Shown piece after piece: positions 27,856 to 35,327 of a stretch of DNA of 35,327 nucleotides (its first letter is position 1; each line of letters starts with the position of its first letter). The position numbers and the translations under genes are program-made. The notes beneath the pieces are model-generated. The model saw nothing but the letters and a program-made list of their open reading frames with translations, was not told the origin of the DNA and did not search any database. Source of the DNA: Cyanophyceae cyanobacterium (GTDB lineage: Bacteria; Cyanobacteriota; Cyanobacteriia; Cyanobacteriales; JBHJGN01); contig JBHJGN010000070.1 of NCBI GenBank assembly GCA_050331735.1, forward strand, positions 1 to 35,327, read 5' to 3'.

Positions 27856-28464
27856 TTAAGGTAAGAGTAGCTCTGCCTCTCCGGGCTTTGGCAGACTAGG
27901 AGTCGCTCGTCGAGGAGAAGGAGCTGGTTCAGAGGGAGTTTGCTCCTCTGGTTGAGCGAGAGAAAATCTCCCGTTCGGATCGTAAATATTAATTAAGATC
28001 TCCACTAATTCGTTACGCTGACGGAGATTTAGGTTTTTGATGGCTGCAATATCCTGATCTCTTGGACTGTTCTGCAACGTGCTGTAGCCAGGGTAGCGAG
28101 AGGCATCAACGATCGGTTCATTGGCCCCTAGATAGTCAGCTAAAGTCAACTTCCAGTCCAGTCGGAAAACCGTAGGACGGTCTTTTTCGTATTGGTGATA
28201 GCGAATGAAGCGGCTGAGCAGAGTATTGTCTGACGCCACTTCTCCTTCTTGATTGAGGTAGTCGTTGGCTAGCGGTAAGTTAGGAAGGCGTTCGTAGACC
28301 TCAGCCGCAACCGTTTCTGGTCGGAGTGTTTGAGCAACTATTGGCTGAACCCAGTGCCGGGTCATTATTTTATCTCCAAAGATACTCAGTAACATCCCCG
28401 TCAAAAAGGCGATCAAAACTCTAAGCGCTTTTCGCTGATTGGCAGTGTGCAAGTTAACCTTCAT
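27856..28464 (-). CDS. Conserved cyanobacterial hypothetical protein (exported or membrane-anchored)
   Basis: N-terminal hydrophobic segment; [26 protein letters not shown]; coupled to rpoZ. Confidence 0.75.
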   Translation of the reverse strand: MKVNLHTANQRKALRVLIAFLTGMLLSIFGDKIMTRHWVQPIVAQTLRPETVAAEVYERLPNLPLANDYLNQEGEVASDNTLLSRFIRYHQYEKDRPTVFRLDWKLTLADYLGANEPIVDASRYPGYSTLQNSPRDQDIAAIKNLNLRQRNELVEILINIYDPNGRFSLAQPEEQTPSEPAPSPRRATPSLPKPGEAELLLP

Positions 28465-28700
28465 TCTGAATCGTAGTCACCAATAATTTCTGGCTGTGTC
28501 AGTTCGTCCGACATCTCAATGATGGCCCGAATCGGTGGTTTCATCAACGGATCTTCAACGCTGTCAAAATCTTCAAAATGTCGGCGCTTAGCCCGATTAG
28601 CGACCTGAACGGTAATTTTGTAGCGGTTAGAGGCTGCCTGCATCAGTTCTTCAGCCCGGTACATAATTTCGGAAGAGTTGAAGGGATTTCGTTTTTGCAT
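28461..28700 (-). CDS. rpoZ: RNA polymerase subunit omega
   Basis: [37 protein letters not shown]; likely ATG at 28700. Confidence 0.92.
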   Translation of the reverse strand: MQKRNPFNSSEIMYRAEELMQAASNRYKITVQVANRAKRRHFEDFDSVEDPLMKPPIRAIIEMSDELTQPEIIGDYDSE

Positions 28701-28900
28701 TTGGGAATAATTGAGTATGGTCAACTTCTCGATTGTGAGTGGTGTTTGTTTATTTTAATACACTCTTTCCTCCCCGCTTGGTTTCAGAGTGACGCTGAGC
28801 GGTTGACCCAAATTTCAGTACAGACAAGGGGGCGATCGCTGTTAAAATCGTGGCATTGTATTTAGATATATAAAACTTTTTGCCGTTTTATTAAGCCACA

Positions 28901-29605
28901 ATGCAAACAATTGCTATTCCTCGTTCTGCGTCGCCTACTAACACCTCTCATCCCCTTAAGCTGATTGCTCTTGGAGACAGTCTCATCTACGGTTACGGAG
29001 ATCCAGTGGGCGGCGGATGGGTGGAGCGATTGCGCCGTCAATGGCTGTGTCCAGACAGCCCCGGTCACGTATTATACAACTTGGGGATCAGAGGCAATCG
29101 CGTGGCGCAGGTGTCTCAGCGCCTCGAGCAGGAATTTTGCCAACGGGGAGAGCTGCGGAACCGAGTGCCAGACGCGATCATTCTGTCGGTAGGAGTCAAT
29201 GATTCGGCTCGGCTCAGACATCCTGACGGTCGCCCATTTACTAATTTTACAGATTTCCAAACTCAGTTAGCTAGTTTGCTTGACCGCGCTGCGCGGCTCT
29301 GTCCGGTGCTGTTCGTTGGGATGACACCAATCGACGAGGCCAAAATGCCGTTTCTAGAGTGTTTGTACTACTCACATAGAGATCAATATCGCTACAAAGA
29401 AGCCACGCGCTTAGCCTGCCAGGACCAAAAAATTCCCTATTTAGATATCTTTGACCTGTGGAGGCAGCGAGGAGAAGCCTGGTGGCAAGGTCACCTCACT
29501 TCAGACGGACTGCATCCTAATGCCCAAGGGTATCAGGCTCTCCTGCAAGATATTCTGCACTGGCAGCCGATGTCGCAATTGATAACAGTGAGCAGCGATC
29601 GGTAA
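28901..29605 (+). CDS. GDSL/SGNH hydrolase
   Basis: ALGDSL, NLGIRG, GVND, DGLHPN. Confidence 0.92.
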   Translation: MQTIAIPRSASPTNTSHPLKLIALGDSLIYGYGDPVGGGWVERLRRQWLCPDSPGHVLYNLGIRGNRVAQVSQRLEQEFCQRGELRNRVPDAIILSVGVNDSARLRHPDGRPFTNFTDFQTQLASLLDRAARLCPVLFVGMTPIDEAKMPFLECLYYSHRDQYRYKEATRLACQDQKIPYLDIFDLWRQRGEAWWQGHLTSDGLHPNAQGYQALLQDILHWQPMSQLITVSSDR

Positions 29606-29700
29606 CCAGGTATCAGTGGACTGATTTAACTTGGTAACGGGTAACTCACAAAGCACTATTGCTCAATACTAAGCACGACCAATCGGTAACTGGTCACTGA
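29581..29700. repeat. Degenerate short tandem heptamer repeats (CAGTGAC/GGTAACT type)
   Basis: AACAGTGAGCAG, GGTAACGGGTAACT, GGTAACTGGTCACTGA; similar tracts at 30220-30260 and 31412-31480. Confidence 0.55.
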
Positions 29701-29701
29701 A

Positions 29702-30214
29702 TTATCGGCATCCGAGGCTCTCTTTTGTAGCCACTCCAGTGACAGGATTCACGCCAGCGGCTCTCTCGCACATCAGAGAAACTTGATAGCGATCAATAAT
29801 AGCGTTGGTAAAGTCAGCCCCGGTGATGGTGGCATCAAAGAAGCGGCTGCGGCTAGCAACGGCATCGACAAAGATGGCGTTCGTTAAATTGGCGTTGTCT
29901 AGCGTCACTCGATCGATTAACGCTCCTGTTAAATCAGCGTCGCTTAAGTCAGCCTCGAGGAGGACACCCTTGGTCAAAATGGCATTTTTCAGATTAGCGC
30001 CTCTAAAACTAGCCCCGCGCATTTCGGCGGCGGCAAACACGGCTCCTTCCAAATCTTTTCGAGAAAAATCTCGCTCCTGTAACTGCGTACTCGTATAGTT
30101 AACAGTTTTAGCCTGAGCCAACGCTGGATGAGCATCTAGCAGTACCCATAAAACTGCCAGCACGAGCACAACAATTAGCTGAATCCAAGTTTTAAGCATT
30201 TTAGCAATCCACAA
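29702..30214 (-). CDS. Pentapeptide repeat protein (lumenal type)
   Basis: Signal peptide, A(D/N)LXX repeats, C-terminal C..A.GVNPVTGV.T.ESLGC. Confidence 0.92.
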   Translation of the reverse strand: MWIAKMLKTWIQLIVVLVLAVLWVLLDAHPALAQAKTVNYTSTQLQERDFSRKDLEGAVFAAAEMRGASFRGANLKNAILTKGVLLEADLSDADLTGALIDRVTLDNANLTNAIFVDAVASRSRFFDATITGADFTNAIIDRYQVSLMCERAAGVNPVTGVATKESLGCR

Positions 30215-30358
30215 TCAATGAACAGTTATCAGTGACCAGTGACCAACGCTGAGTGACTCAGATAGCTAACTTGTTGATTGCTCATCATTCATTGTCACAA
30301 GCGTTGTGATGCTGTTAATTTTAACAAGAGTGCGCACAATACCGTTGTCGAGGCAGTG

Positions 30359-31414
30359 ATGAATTTAATTCCGATTATTTTGGCAGGAGGCAAGGGAGAA
30401 CGTTTCTGGCCTTTAAGCCGCCGGATTCGACCCAAGCAGTTTCTCTCTCTCGACGGCAGCGGCAACAGCCTGCTTCAGGCAACGGCTGCTCGTTTAGTTG
30501 GGTTAGCGGGAGGGTGGGAACAAATCTGGGTAGTGACCTCTGCGCTGATTGCCGATGGAGTGCGGGAGCAACTGCCGCAGCTACCGGAAGCGAATCTCTT
30601 GGTAGAACCGGAGGGGCGAGATACGGCTCCAGCGGTGGCCTGGGCAGCTTTAGAAGCGTCTCAACGTCACGGGAAAGAAGCGGTGCTGGGATTTTTTCCA
30701 GCCGACCACTGGATTGGCGACCAGCAGGCGTTTGAGAAAACGTTGCAGGCAGCGGCGGAATTAGCCTCGGCAGAAAAGGCAATTGTGACCCTGGGAATTA
30801 CGCCGAACGAACCGTCAACCGGGTACGGGTACATTGAACAAGGCGAGCCGCGAGGAACGTATAGCGAGCTGCCCGTTTATCTCGTCAGCCGCTTTACCGA
30901 AAAACCCGACCGCTCTACCGCTCAGTCTTTTATTGAGACGGAACGCTTTAGCTGGAATAGCGGCATGTTTATCTTCCGCGCTGAAGTCGTTTTGGCAGAA
31001 TTACAAACTCACGCTCCAGAAATTATTGGTCCAATTATGGAGAAAGGTAAAGCCGCTTATGCCGGACTAGAAAAGAAAAGCATTGACTATGCGCTAATGG
31101 AAAAGACCTCTTTAGCGTATGTGCTTCCCGCCGATTTTGGCTGGGACGACCTCGGAGACTGGAACGCTATCGAGCGCCTGCTTAAAGGGAATCAGGTCAA
31201 TGTGGAACTTGCGAATCATATCGGGCGCGATACTGAAGACACCATTCTTTACGCCAGTAGCGACGATGACGTGATTGTCACAATTGGTCTTAAAGATGTG
31301 GTAATCGTGCGCGATCGCAACGTCACTCTCGTTGTTCATAAGGAGCGCACTCAAGAAATTAAGCAGGTTCTCAAAACGCTGCAAAATAACCCTGAATACG
31401 ACAAGCTCCTTTAG
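30359..31414 (+). CDS. manC: Mannose-1-phosphate guanylyltransferase
   Basis: ILAGGKGERFWPLSR..PKQF, EPEGRDTAPA, F.EKP, WNSGMF, SIDYALMEK, GWDDLGDW. Confidence 0.92.
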   Translation: MNLIPIILAGGKGERFWPLSRRIRPKQFLSLDGSGNSLLQATAARLVGLAGGWEQIWVVTSALIADGVREQLPQLPEANLLVEPEGRDTAPAVAWAALEASQRHGKEAVLGFFPADHWIGDQQAFEKTLQAAAELASAEKAIVTLGITPNEPSTGYGYIEQGEPRGTYSELPVYLVSRFTEKPDRSTAQSFIETERFSWNSGMFIFRAEVVLAELQTHAPEIIGPIMEKGKAAYAGLEKKSIDYALMEKTSLAYVLPADFGWDDLGDWNAIERLLKGNQVNVELANHIGRDTEDTILYASSDDDVIVTIGLKDVVIVRDRNVTLVVHKERTQEIKQVLKTLQNNPEYDKLL

Positions 31415-31632
31415 CAGTGAACAGTGTCCAGGAAGTAGTGACCGGTGAACAAGTTATTCGCTCAACCACCAACTGAGCACTGGTTGTTGACCGATCGCTG
31501 ATACCTAATTGAACTGTGTCAGTTTTTCTGTCCCTGCAGACTTCTCTCAAAAGTGAGAAAGCAATCAAAATCAATTGCGCTAGAGTTGATTTACTCCCTT
31601 TTCCCCGTTCTTTTCCCTAGGTTAGCGCTCTT

Positions 31633-33273
31633 GTGTTTTCCCTTGCCAAAACTGGTTCTCGTCAAAGAGAAATTCTGGAGATTGTTCTCGGCAACGGCTG
31701 GGATTACATGCGAGGTGTGCTGACTCGTAGTAAAACCGATGAACCTAGCCTCCCCTCACCAGAAGTTCTGCGGAAGATTCTGATCGAGTTGGGGCCGTTT
31801 TATGTCAAGTTTGGCCAACTGCTGAGTACGCGCCCCGATCTGCTGCCGCCTCGATATACTCAAGCTCTAACGGCGCTTCAGGCTAACGTGCCTCCGGTTT
31901 CCTGGACGCAGGTCGAAGCAGTCATTCAAACTCAGCTCAGCCAGCCAGTCACAGAAATTTTTACAACGATTGAGCCAGTTCCGGTAGCGGCAGGATCGAT
32001 CGCCCAAACCCATCGAGCCGTCTTGCGCAACGGTCAGGCGATCGCGCTGAAAGTGCAGCGTCCCGGCATTGATGCCATTGTGACTAAAGATATTACCCTG
32101 TCTAAGGCGATCGCCGAGCTAATCGCGCTTACGGAAGTCGGTCAAGACTACGATGTGATTGCTCTAGCCGAAGAATTTACCAAGGCGGTCGAAGCCGAGC
32201 TAGATTTTACCCAAGAAGCTCATTTCACTGAACAGCTTCAGCAGAATTTATCGGTCAGTCAGTGGTTTGATGCTGAGCAAATCGTCGTGCCACGGGTTTA
32301 CTGGGAGATCACCACCAAAAAGCTCTTAGGACTCGAATGGCTAGATGGCAAACCGCTTCTAGAAGCAAACATTCCTGCCTCAGCAAACGGCAAGGCCGAT
32401 CGTCGCCAAGTGACTTCTCTGCTATTTAGAGCGTTTGTGCAGCAGATCTATGTAGACGGTTTCTTTCATGCCGATCCCCACCCCGGCAACATTTTCTACC
32501 TGCAAGATGGGCGGGTGGCGCTCCTCGACTGTGGCATGATTGGCCGCTTAGATCCCCGTACCCAACAGCTTTTAACCGAGATGCTGTTGGCGATCGTGGA
32601 TAATGATGCTCAACGGTGCGCTCAGCTCACTCTATCTTTGGCAGAGTCTAGTCGGACTCCGAATTTGGAGCGCCTGGAAAATGACTATGCCCGCATGTTA
32701 CGTAAGTACTACAACGTCAGCCTAGACCAAATCAACTTTAGCCAAGTGATTTACGAACTGCTTAAAGTAGCCCGTAACAACAAAATCAGGCTACCGAGCA
32801 ATATGGGTTTATATGCCAAAAGCCTAGCGAATTTAGAAGGAGTGGCCCGACAAGTTAATCCTGAAATTAATTTGCTCGACGAAATTAAGCCCCTCCTGCC
32901 CGATCTCTTCCGTCGTCAGCTTTTAGGGGATGCGCCGCTGCAAACTTTTTTGAGAACCGCTCTCGACCTCAAAAGTCTTTCTCTCCAGTCTCCGCGCCAG
33001 CTCGATGTCTTGCTCGATCGCCTCAGTTCAGAAACCTTGAAGTGGAACGTGCAGATCGAGGGACTAGAACCGCTACGGCGCACCGTTGGTTATTCAGCCA
33101 ATCGTCTGTCGTCGAGTGTTTTAGTTGGAGCCTTAATTATTGGTGCAGCAATCATCTCAACGGCAGCGCCAACGCCTCAGTTATCTCTGATTAGCAACAG
33201 CCTCTTTGCCGCCGCTAGCTTATTAGGACTGTGGCTGATTGCCAGTATTCTTCGTTCCGGACGCTCCAAATAA
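31633..33273 (+). CDS. AarF/ABC1/UbiB family kinase
   Basis: LGPFYVKFGQLLSTRPDLLP, AAGSIAQ.H, KVQRPG, FFHADPHPGN, LDCGM. Confidence 0.93.
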   Translation: MFSLAKTGSRQREILEIVLGNGWDYMRGVLTRSKTDEPSLPSPEVLRKILIELGPFYVKFGQLLSTRPDLLPPRYTQALTALQANVPPVSWTQVEAVIQTQLSQPVTEIFTTIEPVPVAAGSIAQTHRAVLRNGQAIALKVQRPGIDAIVTKDITLSKAIAELIALTEVGQDYDVIALAEEFTKAVEAELDFTQEAHFTEQLQQNLSVSQWFDAEQIVVPRVYWEITTKKLLGLEWLDGKPLLEANIPASANGKADRRQVTSLLFRAFVQQIYVDGFFHADPHPGNIFYLQDGRVALLDCGMIGRLDPRTQQLLTEMLLAIVDNDAQRCAQLTLSLAESSRTPNLERLENDYARMLRKYYNVSLDQINFSQVIYELLKVARNNKIRLPSNMGLYAKSLANLEGVARQVNPEINLLDEIKPLLPDLFRRQLLGDAPLQTFLRTALDLKSLSLQSPRQLDVLLDRLSSETLKWNVQIEGLEPLRRTVGYSANRLSSSVLVGALIIGAAIISTAAPTPQLSLISNSLFAAASLLGLWLIASILRSGRSK

Positions 33274-33307
33274 TGTCGCTCCGAGACGGGGAAAGCGCCT
33301 CTGGCGC

Positions 33308-33402
33308 GGGAAAAGGGGAAAAGGGCACCAGTTTTTCCCAGTTAACTTCCAACTCTTTGATAGTTTGGGGAACTCTCTGACTACTTTTGATAAATGGTAT
33401 TA
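33308..33402 (+). repeat. Dispersed MITE-like repeat copy
   Basis: GGGAAAAGGGGAAAAGGG tract plus 54-bp unit 33349-33402 homologous to 18419-18472, ending AATGGTATTA. Confidence 0.65.
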
Positions 33403-33531
33403 CTTACTCGTTCTGCACCAATCTTTTTCCCTTTCCCCCTTCCCCGTTCCGGAGGAACTATTTCCCCCTTCCCCGTCCCGCTAGCGACTGTGAGACAATA
33501 ATAACAACGCCTATATAACGCGCTTGCAATT

Positions 33532-34089
33532 GTGATGAATCGTTGGTTTCGCTGTTTAATCTGTCTGCTCCTCGCTGTTGTTGTGTGGAGTCACTTTTTG
33601 GGTCCACCCCCTGCCTTGGCCAATATCGATGACGATAAGTACGAAGGCAATATTTTTATTCTCTATGCTGGCAACGGCTCTCTCATCCCCCCTCGAACAA
33701 CTCTCAAACAGTCTTTGGAGAAGGAGAAACCAGCCATATTAGTTTTCTACGTAGACGACAGCAGCGACTGTAAACAGTTTGCTATCGTTGTCTCTCGCTT
33801 TCAGGAGTTTTACGGTCGCGCTGCCAGCATTATTCCTGTTGATGTTGATACTCTGCCGTTTCAAGCCCGTTTTTCCCCAGAAGAACCCGGTTACTACTAC
33901 GAAGGGGTCGTTCCCCAAACGGTAGTCTTCGATCAGCAGGGAGAAGTGGTTTTAAACGCCAAAGGACAAGTGTCCTATGAAGAGGTTGATGATGTTCTGC
34001 GAGAAGTCTTTGACTTATTGCCGCGTTCGGAGTCGGTGGAGTTAAAGCGCCGTCCTGTCAATGAGTTCAGTGGTGAACTGGCTGAATAG
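33532..34089 (+). CDS. Thioredoxin-like thylakoid protein (photosystem I accumulation factor-like)
   Basis: DDDKYEGNIFILYAGNGSLIPP, YVDDSSDCK, VFDLLPRSESVELKRR. Confidence 0.75.
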   Translation: MMNRWFRCLICLLLAVVVWSHFLGPPPALANIDDDKYEGNIFILYAGNGSLIPPRTTLKQSLEKEKPAILVFYVDDSSDCKQFAIVVSRFQEFYGRAASIIPVDVDTLPFQARFSPEEPGYYYEGVVPQTVVFDQQGEVVLNAKGQVSYEEVDDVLREVFDLLPRSESVELKRRPVNEFSGELAE

Positions 34090-34265
34090 AGATCGAGCTA
34101 GAGGGGGAAGCGTAACAAGTCAAAAGACTTCGCTGTTGATCAACTCGTTTTTAGCTGTTAGCTATTACTTGTTTTAGGTGAACGTTTAGTCTAACTTGAC
34201 CCCAATGCCCATTACTCACTACTTCTTGCTCAAAAAAATCTGCTCTCTGCCTTAAAGCTTTGATC

Positions 34266-34931
34266 TTACCAGGGCAGTACTTCTCCCTTGGCGTGCCAAA
34301 ATGTCCCGGTATTTTCTAGATTTAACTCATCGATACGAGCGAGTAAGCCCTTGACTGAAGTTTCGGGAGTAATGCCCGAATCGGTAAAGCCAGTCATGCG
34401 CGTTTGTACTAGTCCTGGATGGAGAATCGCGACGGCAATTCCTTGAGGCTTTAAATCGAGGGCTAAAGATTTACCCGCCATCGATACGGCGACTTTAGAC
34501 ATGCGATAGCCGTAGGAACCGCCAGATGAGTTGTCGGCGATCGACCCCATACGGCTGGTCATAATCGCGATTTTAGAGCCATGCTTGAGGTTGGGTAAGA
34601 GGGCGTGAGTGACGCGCAACATTCCTAGAGCGTTGACTTCAAACTGCTTTCTAATGCTCTCGAAATCTAAGTCTGATAGAGAAACTTTTTCGATAATCCC
34701 GGCATTGTTAATTAAAACATCGAGGGTGCGATCGCCAACCTGTGTAGCTAAGTTGGCTACCGAGTCATCAGAGGTGATATCAATATCTGCGATGGTTTCT
34801 ACGTTTAATTCTTGTAACTCGTCAGTCACAGAACGACAAACGGCAATTACGTTATCGTCTTTGGCTTTGAGTTGGCGACAATATTCCAAGCCAATGCCGC
34901 GATTAGCTCCAGTTACTAAATAAGTAGTCAT
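34266..34931 (-). CDS. SDR oxidoreductase (CsgA/C-factor-like)
   Basis: TGANRGIG, NNAG, YRMSK, HPG.V.T, C-terminal LPW. Confidence 0.92.
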   Translation of the reverse strand: MTTYLVTGANRGIGLEYCRQLKAKDDNVIAVCRSVTDELQELNVETIADIDITSDDSVANLATQVGDRTLDVLINNAGIIEKVSLSDLDFESIRKQFEVNALGMLRVTHALLPNLKHGSKIAIMTSRMGSIADNSSGGSYGYRMSKVAVSMAGKSLALDLKPQGIAVAILHPGLVQTRMTGFTDSGITPETSVKGLLARIDELNLENTGTFWHAKGEVLPW

Positions 34932-35002
34932 GTTTGTTAACTTAGCGAAGGATAAACTTAAACAATATCAAATCCGCTTCCCAGGTCAAGTGTCTGGGGA
35001 GG

Positions 35003-35327
35003 TTATCGAGCCTGGAGAGTGGTTTTGGGCATTAGCATGGCCATCAAAAAAATGGCCAGTTGCGTCACAACAATACTGGGACCGGAAGGAAGATTAAACA
35101 AGGCAGAAAACACAATTCCGAGCGCCGCGCTCAGGGCTCCTAAAGCAGCAGAGAGGAGAACGTAAGTCGTAAAATTGCGGCTGACTAACCGGGCAGCACA
35201 GGCAGGAATGACGACAAAAGCACTGACTAGCAAAACCCCGAGCGCCTTAATAGAAATTCCCACCACCAGCGACAACAGCACAATAAACGCGCTGCGATGG
35301 ATTGACACCGACACCCCACGAGCGATC
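35003..35327 (-). CDS. Metal (Zn/Mn) ABC transporter permease, 3' part
   Basis: IKALGVLLVSAFVVIPA.AAR, PSGPSIV; runs off the window end. Confidence 0.85.
   Translation of the reverse strand, partial: IARGVSVSIHRSAFIVLLSLVVGISIKALGVLLVSAFVVIPACAARLVSRNFTTYVLLSAALGALSAALGIVFSALFNLPSGPSIVVTQLAIFLMAMLMPKTTLQAR

Noticed and set aside
29581..31510. Intergenic heptamer tracts as a CRISPR-like array
   Set aside because: Degenerate short tandem repeats typical of cyanobacteria; no repeat-spacer periodicity or cas genes

Overview
Cyanobacterial chromosomal DNA, judged from frequent HIP1 GCGATCGC sites, cyanobacterial-type rpoZ, thylakoid genes and a PEP-CTERM protein. (1) 1-5.6 kb: a decaying siderophore-uptake locus with Fur-box-like sites. 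tonB is cut by an IS200/IS605-type end and the TonB-dependent receptor has a nonsense codon plus a probable internal deletion, while the RhtX/FptX-like MFS gene and exbB/exbD are intact. (2) 5.6-9.2 kb: a cobalamin-riboswitch operon (membrane protein, PEP-CTERM protein resembling BtuH-type B12 binders, cobW remnant) and two convergent pseudogenes. (3) 9.3-18.3 kb: an intact module of a heme-receptor-like TonB-dependent receptor and an ECF transporter (S, T, fused A-A'), divergent from an orphan CobN/ChlH-like chelatase subunit. This is the best candidate for an undescribed tetrapyrrole salvage or dechelation system. (4) 18.5-27.3 kb: a split urease cluster (ureD-ureA ... ureB, no ureC in the window). 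The ~7.2 kb insert holds a degenerate integron-like cassette array, an IS6 remnant, a metalloprotease, a P450 and a GNAT. (5) 27.3-35.3 kb: tRNA-Pro(GGG) and ordinary core genes. All family assignments come from motif recognition by eye; no searches were run.
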